From Candidatus Limnocylindria bacterium (lineage in GTDB: Bacteria > Chloroflexota > Limnocylindria > P2-11E), in NCBI GenBank assembly GCA_036570125.1, contig DATCPK010000027.1, forward strand, positions 22,166 to 86,165: a stretch of DNA of 64,000 nucleotides, in the 5' to 3' direction. Below the pieces are notes generated by a model that was given only the letters and a program-made list of their open reading frames with translations, ran no database searches and had not been told where the DNA came from. The translations under genes and the position numbers were made by a program. Shown here piece by piece: positions 1 through 9,534 of this stretch; position 1 is the first letter of the stretch; each line of letters begins with the position of its first letter.

Positions 1-435
1 CGACAGAAGCGACGCTTCGGTGAGCATCACGTGCTCGAGCGCTTCGCGCACGCTCCACATCGCGTCGTTCGGCTTTCGCTCGAGGTTCTCCGCCGAGATG
101 TCGCGGACGAGCGAAAGGAGCGCCGCGCGCGAGGCTTCGAACTGATGCAGGAAGTCGCGGAGCTCGTGCTCCTCCATTCGTCCGAGGTCCTCGGGCACGA
201 CGCGATCGGCGGGTAGGTCATGCACTTCGAAGGTCGCGGGATCGAGGTCCTTCCAATGGTCGATCGAGACGCCACGCGCGTCGAGCAGCTCGAGGTACGC
301 GCGGAAAGCGCGGCGCGCGTTCGCGATCGCCTCGTCCCGAGTCGTCCCCGACGCGATGCACCCACGCAGAACCGGAACGTGCGCGAGCCAGTAGCTGCCC
401 TCGCCCTGAACGTAGATCGCCGGTTTCTCTTTCAT
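1..435 (-). CDS. HicB-like (UPF0150-fold) N-terminal domain fused to a DinB-like domain; 5' part only, gene continues past the window start
   Basis: Reverse translation from ATG 435 (alt ATG 447): MKEKPAIYVQGEGSYWLAHVPVLRGCIASGTTRDEAIANARRAFRAYLELL..., then ...ENLERKPNDAMWSVREALEHVMLTEASLL. The frame is open to position 1, so it is absent from the ORF track. ATGA overlap with the stop of the DtxR-like gene. Confidence 0.5.
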   Translation of the reverse strand, partial: MKEKPAIYVQGEGSYWLAHVPVLRGCIASGTTRDEAIANARRAFRAYLELLDARGVSIDHWKDLDPATFEVHDLPADRVVPEDLGRMEEHELRDFLHQFEASRAALLSLVRDISAENLERKPNDAMWSVREALEHVMLTEASLLS

Positions 436-1079
436 GCTCGGACCCATACCTTCTGCCCGCAGTCGGCGCGGATGGTTCGCTCGCTGCCGTCGACCATGAC
501 ACGGATCGGCTGTCCCTGCCGCAGATCGATGACGCGAACGTCAACGCCGGGCCGCAGACCCTGCGTGTCGAGGTACTCGAGGAAGCCGGGCTCGTGCTCG
601 AACTGATCGGGGATACGTTCGACCGTCGCCGTCGTGCCGGGCACAACGCGGTCAAGCGGCTTGGTGGGTCGCGGCGTCACGCCCGGCATGGGGTTGCCGT
701 GCGGGCAGGTCTGCGGATCGCCGAGCACGCGTTGGATGCGCTGCTCCATCTCGGGCGACATCGCGTGCTCGAGACGCTCCGCCTCTTCGTGGGTCTTCCA
801 CCACGCGAACCCGAGGATCTCGACGAGGAACCGCTCGGCGAGGCGATGGCGGCGAACGATCGAATCGGCCTGCTGCTGGCCCGTCTTGGTCAGATGCACT
901 TCTTTACGCTCATCCAGCGCGATCAGGCCCTCCCGCTCGAGCCGATGGACCATCTCGGAAACGGCTGGTGCTGAGAAGCCGAGAAACTCGGCAAGACGCG
1001 CCGAAACGACGTGGCCGTTTTCGTCGCCGAGCGTGTAAATGGCCTGGAGATACTCCTCGACGGCTGGCGAAGTGGTAAT
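432..1079 (-). CDS. DtxR/MntR-family metal-dependent repressor with C-terminal FeoA/SH3-like domain
   Basis: ORF track 432..953 begins mid-protein. In-frame upstream codons read ITTSPAVEEYLQAIYTLGDENGHVVSARLAEFLGFSAPAVSE-MVHRLEREGLI, the DtxR winged HTH. No ATG/GTG/TTG lies in that stretch. ATT at 1079-1077 sits 6 nt after GGAGG (1090-1086). Confidence 0.85.
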   Translation of the reverse strand: MTTSPAVEEYLQAIYTLGDENGHVVSARLAEFLGFSAPAVSEMVHRLEREGLIALDERKEVHLTKTGQQQADSIVRRHRLAERFLVEILGFAWWKTHEEAERLEHAMSPEMEQRIQRVLGDPQTCPHGNPMPGVTPRPTKPLDRVVPGTTATVERIPDQFEHEPGFLEYLDTQGLRPGVDVRVIDLRQGQPIRVMVDGSERTIRADCGQKVWVRA

Positions 1080-1102
1080 TGTTGACCTCCGCGGTCGGAA
1101 AT

Positions 1103-1122
1103 GGTTAGGCTTGCCTTAGCCG
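1103..1122. promoter_or_regulatory. Candidate DtxR/IdeR-type operator in the divergent repressor/ZIP-transporter intergenic region
   Basis: GTTAGGCTTGCCTTAGCCG is an imperfect palindrome. It matches about 12/19 positions of the remembered DtxR box TTAGGTTAGCCTAACCTAA. Confidence 0.35.
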
Positions 1123-1188
1123 CTTGGGACGACCAAAAAAAGGGGCGCTCCCTGTGGCGAGTATCGCACCGGGGAGTCACAGGCCGCG

Positions 1189-2037
1189 ATGTCGATGGGC
1201 GAGATCCTCGCGCTGGGCGCGATCGCGGGCTTCACCGTTTTCCTCGGTTTGCCGCTCGGCCGTATGCGCGGCGCGTCGACGCGGATGCGCTCGCTACTCA
1301 ATGCCGGCGCGACAGGAATCCTTCTCTTCCTTTTCTGGGACGTCCTCTCAGAGGGGATCGAGCCTGTCAACGAAGCGCTCGCGGAGGCCACGAACGGCGG
1401 CGGCACGTGGCTCCATTTCAGTTGGCTCGCGGTCGTCTTTGCGGTGTCTCTGACCGTCGGTCTGATGAGCCTCGTCTACTACGACCTCTGGCTCGCGCGT
1501 CGGGCACGCGCGACGATGCGGTTCGGCCCCGGCGCTGCGGACGTTCGCGAGTTTCGCGCGGGGCCGATTGCGCGCCTCGGGCCGGCCCAGCGGCTCGCGT
1601 TCTTCATCGCACTCGGGATCGGTTTTCACAACCTCTCGGAGGGTCTGGCGATCGGCCAGTCCGCGGCCGGAGGGCAGCTGCGTCTCGCTCTCGTACTCGT
1701 CATCGGGTTCGCATTGCATAACGCGACCGAGGGTTTTGGCATCGTCGGGCCCCTCGCGGGTGAAACGCACCTGCCGAGCTGGCGTTTTCTCGGCGCACTC
1801 GGCCTCATCGCGGGCGGTCCGACGTTCGTCGGGACGATCATTGGTCAGTCCTTCCAGAATGAGACGGTCTTCGCCGCGTTCCTCGCCCTCGCGGCGGGAT
1901 CGATCCTCTATGTGGTCATCGAGCTTCTCGCTGTCGCGCGGAAGCTCGGACACAAAGACATGACGACCTGGGGCATCCTGGCAGGGCTCATCCTCGGATT
2001 TGCAACCGACTTCATCCTCACAGCGGTCGGTGCATGA
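1189..2037 (+). CDS. ZIP-family (ZupT-like) divalent metal transporter
   Basis: 282-aa polytopic membrane protein with the paired motifs GFHNLSEGLAIG and ALHNATEGFGI typical of ZIP transporters. Divergent from the metal repressor. Confidence 0.85.
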   Translation: MSMGEILALGAIAGFTVFLGLPLGRMRGASTRMRSLLNAGATGILLFLFWDVLSEGIEPVNEALAEATNGGGTWLHFSWLAVVFAVSLTVGLMSLVYYDLWLARRARATMRFGPGAADVREFRAGPIARLGPAQRLAFFIALGIGFHNLSEGLAIGQSAAGGQLRLALVLVIGFALHNATEGFGIVGPLAGETHLPSWRFLGALGLIAGGPTFVGTIIGQSFQNETVFAAFLALAAGSILYVVIELLAVARKLGHKDMTTWGILAGLILGFATDFILTAVGA

Positions 2038-2083
2038 CCATCTAGGGCACCTTTCGGTCATTTAGCCCGTTAGAGTTCACCGC

Positions 2084-3103
2084 GTGTTCTCCCGCCAGAT
2101 CGGCATAGACCTCGGCACCGCCAACGTCATCGTTTACGTCCGTGGGAAGGGGATCGTCCTCACCGAGCCATCCGTCGTCGCGCTCGCGAAGGAGGAAGGC
2201 TCGAACCGGCCCCGGATCGTCGCGGTCGGTGAGGAGGCGAGACTGATGCTCGGCCGAACGCCAGGCACGATCACCGCGCTCCGTCCGATGCGCGATGGCG
2301 TGATCGCGGACTACGTGATCACCGAGTACATGCTCCGGTACTTCATCAACAAGGTGTGCGGCCAGATCCGCATCTTCCAGCCTCAGCTCATGATCTGCGT
2401 GCCCTCCGGCGTGACGAGCGTCGAACGGCGCGCCGTCAAGGACGCGGCGATCCGGGCGGGCGCGCGCGAGGCGCACCTCATCGAGGAGCCGCTCGCCGCT
2501 GCGATCGGCGCGAACATCCCGATCTCGGGTCCTTCCGGCAACCTCATCATCGACATCGGCGGCGGGACCGCGGAGATCGCGGTCATCTCGCTCGGCGGCA
2601 TCGTGGTATCGCGCAGCGTTCGCGCGGCGGGGAACAAGCTCGACGAAGCGATCGCGAACTTCGTGCGCAAGCGCTACAACCTGATGATCGGCGAGCGCAC
2701 CGCCGAGGACGTCAAGATCCAGATCGGGTCGGCGCTGCCGATGGACCCCGAGCTCACGATGGAGGTCCGCGGCCGCGATCTCATTGCCGGTCTGCCGCGC
2801 ACGATCACGATCGGTTCGAACGAGATCTCCGAAGCGATGGACCCCGTTCTTCAGCAGATCATGGGCGCGGTGAAAGCCGTTCTCGAAGAGACTCCGCCGG
2901 AGCTCGCATCCGACGTCATCGACAAAGGCATGGTCCTTTCGGGCGGCGGCGCCCTCCTCCGCAACATGGACAAGCTACTGACGCAGGTCACCGGCGTCGC
3001 CTGCTATGTCGCGGAAAACCCGCTCTACTGCGTGGCCAAGGGCACCGGTATGGCGCTCGAGCACCTCGACTTCTTCCGCAGAAGCCTCGTCGCAGTCCAC
3101 TAG
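2084..3103 (+). CDS. mreB: Rod shape-determining actin homologue MreB
   Basis: [19 protein letters not shown]...[16 protein letters not shown]...[16 protein letters not shown]; full-length actin-fold signature. Confidence 0.95.
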   Translation: MFSRQIGIDLGTANVIVYVRGKGIVLTEPSVVALAKEEGSNRPRIVAVGEEARLMLGRTPGTITALRPMRDGVIADYVITEYMLRYFINKVCGQIRIFQPQLMICVPSGVTSVERRAVKDAAIRAGAREAHLIEEPLAAAIGANIPISGPSGNLIIDIGGGTAEIAVISLGGIVVSRSVRAAGNKLDEAIANFVRKRYNLMIGERTAEDVKIQIGSALPMDPELTMEVRGRDLIAGLPRTITIGSNEISEAMDPVLQQIMGAVKAVLEETPPELASDVIDKGMVLSGGGALLRNMDKLLTQVTGVACYVAENPLYCVAKGTGMALEHLDFFRRSLVAVH

Positions 3104-3113
3104 CAAGGAAGCC

Positions 3114-3845
3114 TTGGCGCCGGCGCGCGTCGACATCCTCGGCGTCGGCTTCGACCGCATCGACCTCGCCGCCGCCGCGGAGCGGATCATCGAGCGTCAC
3201 GCCGCGGGGCAGCGGACCTTTGTGATCACCGCGAATCCCGAGTTCGTGATGCTCGCCCGCGCCGATGCCGATCTTCGAACGATCGCGCGTGCGGCCGAAC
3301 TGGTCGTCGCCGACGGCACCGGGGTGCTCGTCGCGTCCCGCGTGCTGCGCGATCCCCTGCCCGGCCGGGTGCCCGGGCGTCTGCTCGTCCCCGCGGTCCT
3401 TCAGTTGGTGAGCGGCCCTGTCTTCCTCCTTGGCGCCGCGCCGGGCGTCGCCGACCGCGCCGCCGCAACGCTGGCGCGCCGAATTCCGTCGCTGCAGGTC
3501 GTGGGCACCCACGCGGGCTCACCGGTGCCGGAGGAGGATGAAACGATCCGCGCGCGCATCGAGGCGTCAGGCGCGCGTGTCCTCCTGGTCGCCTACGGCA
3601 TGCCGGCGCAGGAGCGTTGGATCGCGCGGAACCTGCCGCTTCTGCCGTCGATTCGCACCGCGATCGGCGTCGGGGGAGTGTTCGATCAGCTCGCCGGCCG
3701 GGTGCGGCTTCCGCCCCGCATAGTTCACGCTGTCGGACTCGAATGGCTCTGGCGGCTCGCGTTCGAGCCAAGACGGTGGCGGCGACAGCGCGTCCTACCC
3801 GTCTTCGTCGCGCTCGTCGTCCGCCAGCGCATTCTTGGCCGGTGA
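3114..3845 (+). CDS. WecB/TagA/CpsF-family (GT26) glycosyltransferase
   Basis: VDILGVGFDRIDLAAAAERII...FVITANPEFVM...LLGAAPGVADRAA...LLVAYGMPAQERW. The ORF track start at 3006 lies inside mreB, so I trimmed to TTG 3114, just after the mreB stop. Confidence 0.8.
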   Translation: MAPARVDILGVGFDRIDLAAAAERIIERHAAGQRTFVITANPEFVMLARADADLRTIARAAELVVADGTGVLVASRVLRDPLPGRVPGRLLVPAVLQLVSGPVFLLGAAPGVADRAAATLARRIPSLQVVGTHAGSPVPEEDETIRARIEASGARVLLVAYGMPAQERWIARNLPLLPSIRTAIGVGGVFDQLAGRVRLPPRIVHAVGLEWLWRLAFEPRRWRRQRVLPVFVALVVRQRILGR

Positions 3846-4945
3846 AGCTCGCGCTCGCCCACGAGTACTTCGTCGTGCATGGCGGCGCCGAGCGCGTTGT
3901 GGAGACGCTCCACCAGATGTGGCCCGAGGCGCCCGTGTACACGTTCTTCCACGATCGCCGCCGCTACGGCGATCTACCCGGATGGACGATTCGCACGAGC
4001 TATCTCCAACATCTCCTTCTCGGCGAGAGTCATCGGCTGCTGCTCCCGCTCTATCCGAACGCGGCGCGAGCTCTTCGCGTCCCGCCGGAGACTGACGTCG
4101 CGCTCGTCTCGACCAGCGCGTTCATCAAGTGCATCGGTCTTCCGGACCGGACGGTCGCGGTCGCGTACTGCCACTCGCCGACGCGCTACCTGTACGACTG
4201 GAGCGACCGTTACCTACAGGAGGAGGTGCCCGCACCGCTCGTCCCGATCGTGCGCGATCTCCTGGGCCGTCTTCGCGACGATGACCAGAAAGCGGCGCGT
4301 CGGTTCGATCGATGGATGGCCAACTCGACCGCGGTGCGAGCTCGTATCCAAACGTATTACGGCATCCCGGTGGACCAGATCGACGTCGTCCACCCGCCGG
4401 TCGACGTCGACTCATTCGACGCCAACGACGAGCGTGGGGATTTCTGGCTCTTCGTCGGGCGGCTTTCGGCATACAAGCGCGCCGATGTCGCGGTGCGCGC
4501 CTTCAACGACCTCGGGCTGCGACTCCTCGTGGTGGGGGAGGGCCGCGAGCGCGGCGCCCTCGAACGGATCGCGAGCGAGAACGTCGTCTTCGCCGGGCGG
4601 ACCGACGACGTGACACTCCGCTCGCTGCTCGCATCCGCCCGCGGCCTCGTTTTCCCCGCCGAGGACGATTTTGGGATCGTCTGCGTCGAGGCGCTCGCGT
4701 CGGGCGCGCCCGTCGTCGCGCTCGCGGCGGGCGGCGTGTTCGACATCGTTCGCGACGGCCAGGAAGGCGTTCTGGTCGACGTTCCGGAGGCGCGGGCCTT
4801 CGCCGAGGGCGTTCTGCGCGCGGAGCGCGCGCGCTTCGAACCGAAAGCGCTTCGCGACTCGGCGCGCCGGTTCGATGTGTCACGATTTCGCGAGCGCGTA
4901 CGCGCGGTCATCCAGGACGCGCTTGAAAAAGGAAGGGCTCTATAA
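3842..4945 (+). CDS. GT4-family (RfaB-like) glycosyltransferase
   Basis: VKLALAHEYFVVHGGAERVVETL... and C-terminal FPAEDDFGIVCVEALASGAPVV (EX7E-type motif). GTG 3842 forms a GTGA overlap with the upstream stop. The Arg-rich N-terminal extension in the ORF track was discarded. Confidence 0.85.
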   Translation: MKLALAHEYFVVHGGAERVVETLHQMWPEAPVYTFFHDRRRYGDLPGWTIRTSYLQHLLLGESHRLLLPLYPNAARALRVPPETDVALVSTSAFIKCIGLPDRTVAVAYCHSPTRYLYDWSDRYLQEEVPAPLVPIVRDLLGRLRDDDQKAARRFDRWMANSTAVRARIQTYYGIPVDQIDVVHPPVDVDSFDANDERGDFWLFVGRLSAYKRADVAVRAFNDLGLRLLVVGEGRERGALERIASENVVFAGRTDDVTLRSLLASARGLVFPAEDDFGIVCVEALASGAPVVALAAGGVFDIVRDGQEGVLVDVPEARAFAEGVLRAERARFEPKALRDSARRFDVSRFRERVRAVIQDALEKGRAL

Positions 4946-4974
4946 ACACCGAGGCGAAGCGTGTTCGCGTCGAT

Positions 4975-5634
4975 ATGCATACGCACTGCGAGGCCTCGCC
5001 GGACAGCCGCACGCCGGTCGCCGAGCAGGCCCGCGGAGTGCTCGCCGCGCGCATCGACATCGTCTGCGCGACCGATCACAACACCATCGACGGCGCGCTC
5101 CGGCTGCGCGAGATCGCGGACGGATTCCGTGTGGTCATCGGTGAGGAGGTCAGCTCGCGTGATGGCGAGATCATCGGGCTGTTTCTCGAACGCGCGGTCC
5201 CGCGCGATCTGAGTGGCGAGGAGACCATCGCGCGCATCCACGACCAGGGCGGGCTCGCTGTCGTGCCGCATCCCTTCAGCATCAATCGGCGCTATCACAT
5301 GCGGCGCGCTTCCCTGGATCGACTGCGCTCGCACATCGACGCGCTCGAGATCTTCAACGCGCGCGAGGCGATCTTTCTGAACAACCGCTCGGCCGCCGCG
5401 TACGCGAAGGCGCACGACATCGTCGGGACGGCCGGAAGCGACGCGCATCGAGTGTCGGAGCTCGGCCGCGCGTTCGTCGAGATGCCTGACTTCGCGGGTC
5501 GCGGAGATTTCCTGACGTCGCTCAAGCAGGGCGTCGCGCAGGGACGACTCTCCGGCGGTGGGGTCCACGTGTACACGCGATATGACCGGTTTCGGAAGTG
5601 GCTGGGACGAAAGAGCCCGACCGAAACTCGCTAA
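4975..5634 (+). CDS. PHP-domain metal-dependent phosphoesterase
   Basis: MHTHCEASPDS...CATDHNTIDG...AVVPHPF...GTAGSDAHRV; the His/Asp ligand pattern of the PHP superfamily. Confidence 0.75.
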   Translation: MHTHCEASPDSRTPVAEQARGVLAARIDIVCATDHNTIDGALRLREIADGFRVVIGEEVSSRDGEIIGLFLERAVPRDLSGEETIARIHDQGGLAVVPHPFSINRRYHMRRASLDRLRSHIDALEIFNAREAIFLNNRSAAAYAKAHDIVGTAGSDAHRVSELGRAFVEMPDFAGRGDFLTSLKQGVAQGRLSGGGVHVYTRYDRFRKWLGRKSPTETR

Positions 5635-6671
5635 GGCGGCCAGCCTCGACGCACGTCGAGGACCCGACGATCGAGCAGCTCGCCGCCGCGGCGGAGCGTA
5701 CCGACGAGGTCGCCGTTCGGCGCCAGCTGTTCGGTTGGCGGGAGCTCATCTCGACCGTGATCCCCATCGCGCTCATCGCGTTCTTCGCGCGGAACGTGGA
5801 CTGGTCCCAGGCGCTCGGCACCCTGGGTCGCGCGGACCCTGTCTTCGTGGTCGCCGCGCTCTTCGTCTACTACCTGTCGTTCCCCGTCCGCGCCATTCGG
5901 TGGGCGCGCCTCTTGCGCGAAGGCGGCGCGCGCATATTCGGACGCGACCTCCTCGAGATCCTTCTCCTCGGCTGGTTCGTCAACTGCCTGGTGCCGGCAA
6001 AGCTCGGCGACCTGTACCGCAGCTACCTGGTCAAGCGTCGCTTCGGGATCTCGCTGTCGCGCACGGTCGGGGTGGTCGTCGCGGAGCGGCTCCTCGACCT
6101 CTTTGTCGTGTTCGGGCTGCTCGTCGTCGACGGCTACGTCGCCTTCGGACGCACGATCCTGCCGGACCTCAACATCCTCTACGTCACCGGCGGGGCACTC
6201 GGTCTGGTGATCCTGCTCGGCCTCATCGGGCTGTACGCGCTCGGCCCGCGACTCGGCCGATTCTTTCCCGCGGAGGTCCGCCGCATCGGCCGCCTCTTCC
6301 GAGAGGGCGTGCTCCATAGCTTTCGCGCCCTGCCGGTCGCCGGGCCGCTGACGCTCCTCGTGTGGGTCCTCGAGACGGGCCGCCTTTTCCTCGTCCTCTT
6401 CGCACTCGGTCTCTATCTCCCGCCATCGCAGGTGATCTTCGTGGCCGTCGCTTCCTCGATGCTCACCACTGTCCCCCTTACTCCGGCGGGCTTCGGGTTC
6501 GTCGAGATCGCGATGGTCTACGTCCTGACCACCGGATTCGGTCTCGCGCAGAACGACGCCGTCGCCGTCGCCGTCCTCGACCGCGCGGTGAGCGTCTTCT
6601 CGGTGATCGTCGTCGGCGGCATCCTCTATCTGCGGACCGGGCGCACCGAACGGATCGGCGCGGGACCGTGA
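5598..6671 (+). CDS. Flippase-like membrane protein (lysyl-phosphatidylglycerol synthase TM-region / UPF0104 family)
   Basis: Polytopic protein with FPVRAIRWARLL and LVPAKLGDLYRSYL motifs. The start is uncertain, because GTG 5598 overlaps the PHP gene by 37 nt. Confidence 0.7.
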   Translation: MAGTKEPDRNSLRRPASTHVEDPTIEQLAAAAERTDEVAVRRQLFGWRELISTVIPIALIAFFARNVDWSQALGTLGRADPVFVVAALFVYYLSFPVRAIRWARLLREGGARIFGRDLLEILLLGWFVNCLVPAKLGDLYRSYLVKRRFGISLSRTVGVVVAERLLDLFVVFGLLVVDGYVAFGRTILPDLNILYVTGGALGLVILLGLIGLYALGPRLGRFFPAEVRRIGRLFREGVLHSFRALPVAGPLTLLVWVLETGRLFLVLFALGLYLPPSQVIFVAVASSMLTTVPLTPAGFGFVEIAMVYVLTTGFGLAQNDAVAVAVLDRAVSVFSVIVVGGILYLRTGRTERIGAGP

Positions 6672-8170
6672 TCCGCGGCCTCGTGCTCCTTTCGATCGGG
6701 CTCCTCGTCTTTCGCGTCCTCTCCGCGGCGTTCGTCGTGACCCAACCCGGATTCACGGACGCCTACTACTACGTCGACGTCGCCCGGCGGCTCGCCCACG
6801 GTGAAGGACTCACCGCGGATTTCATTTGGAACTTTCTCGAGGCGCCGCATCTCGAGGCGCTTCCGGTTCCCAGCCATCGTTTCTGGATGCCGCTCGCCAC
6901 CGTGGTGCAGGCGGGTGGGATCGCGGCGCTCGAGCCGATCCTCGGGACGTTCCGCTCGGCGCAGGCCGCGATCATCGCCGTCGCCGCGTTCGTGCCGGCG
7001 GTGGCCTACGTGTGCGCGCGCTCGATCGGCACGTCGTCACGTGGCGCCCTCGTCGCCGCGGCGCTCGCCGGTCTCGGTGGGTTCACGTTCGCGCCGGCAT
7101 GGGTCACGCTCGACTCGTTCGCGATCGCCGCGGTCGTGGGGACGTTGTTCTTCGTCGCCTTTGCGCGTGCGGCCGCGGGCGACCTCCGCGCCGGTGCGAT
7201 CGCGGGCGCGCTGGTCGGTCTTCTCTTTCTCGCGCGCGCCGAGGGAGCGATCTTCGGCGTCGCGCTCGTCGCGCTGACGGTCCGCCCTTCGACGCGCGCC
7301 GCGGGCGTCGCCGGGACCGCGGTGGCTCTTGCGATCGGTCTCGCCTGGCTCGTTCGCGGCCTCGCTCTTCCGGGTTCACCGGCGATCGCGCTCGTGAAGG
7401 GCATTTTCCTCGCGCGTTATGAGGATTTCTTCGCACTGACCCCGGGCGGCAGCGCCGATCTCGCGACGCTGATCGGCGTTCGCCTCTCGGCCCTCGGATC
7501 CGACCTCGTCGTCGCGCTCGCCGCCCTGCTCCTCTTCCTCGTCGTGCCACTGTTCCTGGGCCTGCGCGCGGGCTGGCGGTTCCCCGCGGTGCGCACGTTC
7601 GCCGCGCTCGCACTCCTTATCTATGTCGCCGAGGGGCTCGTCTGGCCCCTTCATGCGACACGGGGCTCGTACTTCCACTCGCTCGCCGCGTTCTACCCGT
7701 TCGCGATGGCGCTCGTCGCGCTCGGCGGCGAGACGTGGCTCTCTCGGCGTGAAGAGACCGCGCGGCGCCTCGCGACGTACGGAACGATCTTCGCCGTGTC
7801 GGTCCTCGCCGTGTTCGGACTCACGAACTGGGACACGTCGTTCAACGTGCCGTACCGCGCCCGCGTGGCGGCGCTCGACGTCATCCCACCGGGGCCGTTC
7901 CTCGCGATCGACGCCGCGGCATGGCGGTGGATCTCGGACCGCAGCGTCCTCATCTCGCCTGCCGACGGTCCACAGACCGCGGCGTGTGTCGCCATCGCCT
8001 ATCGTGCCGAAACTCTCGTGCTCGAGCCAGCGCACTTCTCCGCATACCAGTCGCTGTACGACGGAAGCGAGTCTCCCTGGTTCGGCGAGCGCGCGGAGAG
8101 CGGCGCCATCCGGGTGTATTCGCTCGTCGGAAATCCGGGCTGTCTTTCGCCCGAACAGATCATGCGCTGA
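6668..8170 (+). CDS. GT-C fold glycosyltransferase-like membrane protein (GT39/ArnT/PMT_2-like)
   Basis: VIRGLVLLSIGLLVFRVLSAAFVVTQPGFTDAYYYVDVARRLAHGEGL..., with many TM segments. GTG 6668 gives a GTGA overlap with the upstream stop. Confidence 0.6.
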   Translation: MIRGLVLLSIGLLVFRVLSAAFVVTQPGFTDAYYYVDVARRLAHGEGLTADFIWNFLEAPHLEALPVPSHRFWMPLATVVQAGGIAALEPILGTFRSAQAAIIAVAAFVPAVAYVCARSIGTSSRGALVAAALAGLGGFTFAPAWVTLDSFAIAAVVGTLFFVAFARAAAGDLRAGAIAGALVGLLFLARAEGAIFGVALVALTVRPSTRAAGVAGTAVALAIGLAWLVRGLALPGSPAIALVKGIFLARYEDFFALTPGGSADLATLIGVRLSALGSDLVVALAALLLFLVVPLFLGLRAGWRFPAVRTFAALALLIYVAEGLVWPLHATRGSYFHSLAAFYPFAMALVALGGETWLSRREETARRLATYGTIFAVSVLAVFGLTNWDTSFNVPYRARVAALDVIPPGPFLAIDAAAWRWISDRSVLISPADGPQTAACVAIAYRAETLVLEPAHFSAYQSLYDGSESPWFGERAESGAIRVYSLVGNPGCLSPEQIMR

Positions 8171-9534
8171 TGACGGCCTGGCGCCTCGCTCCGCTCTACG
8201 TCGCCGCCGCGGCCTTCGCCATCGCCGTCTCGCTTCCCGGTGGCGACCCGGACACGTACTGGCATCTCGCGTCGGCGAAGTGGATGGTCGAGCACGGCCA
8301 GCTGCTTCGGGCCGACGTGTTCTCGAACACGGTGAATGGCGCGCCCTACAGCGTCGGCGAATGGCTCGGCGAGATCGCCATCTACGGCGCGTATGTCCTC
8401 GGCGGTTGGGCCGGGATCGCCCTGCTTCGGGCGACGCTCGTCGCGATCGGCGCCTTCTTCATCACGAGGGTCGCGCTCCGAGCGGCGCCCGCCCCGTTCG
8501 CGATCGCGGTCACGGCGATCGCGCTCGCTCTCTCGGAGATCACGTGGACGGATCGCCCGCAGCTCTTCACGTTCGCGCTCTTCCCGCTTCTCTTCGAGCT
8601 GCTCATCGCGGCGCGTGCCGGACGAACGCGGCTCCTCTTTGCCGTGCCGCCGCTCATTTTGTTGTGGACGAACCTGCACGGCGGCTACGCGCTCGGCCTG
8701 GCGCTCGTCGCGATCTTCGCCGCGGAGGCGGTCCTCACTCGGCGCAATGCGTTCCCGTTCGCGGCCGCCGCGGTCCTCGCCCTCGCTGCGTCGTTCATCG
8801 ACCCGGGCTCGCTCGGTCTCGGCGCCGCCGCAGCGCACGCGACCTCGCCGCCGCGGTTCATCGTCGAGGAAGCGCCGCCCGACATCCTCCGTCCGGCGGG
8901 CTTCGTGTTCGCGCTGTTCGGGCTCGTCACGCTCGCGCTGGCGCTCGCTCGCGGTGGAACCCTTCTCGACGCGCTCCTTCTGGTGCCGCTCTTCTGGTTG
9001 GGGCTGTCGGCGCAGCGGCACATGCCCTACTTCGCCCTCGCGGCGACGCCGTACATCGCCGGCGGTTTCGCGGAGCTGTGGTGGCGGTGGCGTCCGGCCT
9101 CGCGCTTCACGTTGCCGCGTCCGGTCATCGTCGGACTCGGTGCCGGGTTGGTCGCGATGGTCGCCGCGAGTGTCGCGACCGCGCCGTTCGCACCGCTCGA
9201 AACGCAATACCCCACGGCGGCCCGCGCGAAGCTCGCCGCGACGAGCGGGAACCTGCTCAACGAGTACGACTGGGGTGGCTACTTGATATGGCGCGTCCCG
9301 GAGCGTCCGGTCTTCATCGACGGCCGCCTCTTCCTATTCCTGCCGGACGTGCTGACGGACTACGAGGAGATGGTGTTCATGCGCCCGGGATGGCGCGACC
9401 AGCTCGATCGTCACGCGATCGCGCAGGTCCTGCTCCGTCCCGATCGACCGCTCGCCGTCGCGCTCCGCGATATGGGATGGACCGTCGTCTCTGAGGACGC
9501 GACCGCACTCTTGTTGCAGCGGCCTTCGCGGTGA
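8170..9534 (+). CDS. Polytopic membrane protein, GT-C-like, paralogue A
   Basis: MTAWRLAPLYV...GGDPDTYWHLASAKWMVEHG...LLWTNLHGGYALGL...NEYDWGGYLIW..PVFIDGRL. The ATG overlaps the upstream TGA by 1 nt (TGATG). Clear paralogue of the next gene. Confidence 0.6.
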   Translation: MTAWRLAPLYVAAAAFAIAVSLPGGDPDTYWHLASAKWMVEHGQLLRADVFSNTVNGAPYSVGEWLGEIAIYGAYVLGGWAGIALLRATLVAIGAFFITRVALRAAPAPFAIAVTAIALALSEITWTDRPQLFTFALFPLLFELLIAARAGRTRLLFAVPPLILLWTNLHGGYALGLALVAIFAAEAVLTRRNAFPFAAAAVLALAASFIDPGSLGLGAAAAHATSPPRFIVEEAPPDILRPAGFVFALFGLVTLALALARGGTLLDALLLVPLFWLGLSAQRHMPYFALAATPYIAGGFAELWWRWRPASRFTLPRPVIVGLGAGLVAMVAASVATAPFAPLETQYPTAARAKLAATSGNLLNEYDWGGYLIWRVPERPVFIDGRLFLFLPDVLTDYEEMVFMRPGWRDQLDRHAIAQVLLRPDRPLAVALRDMGWTVVSEDATALLLQRPSR

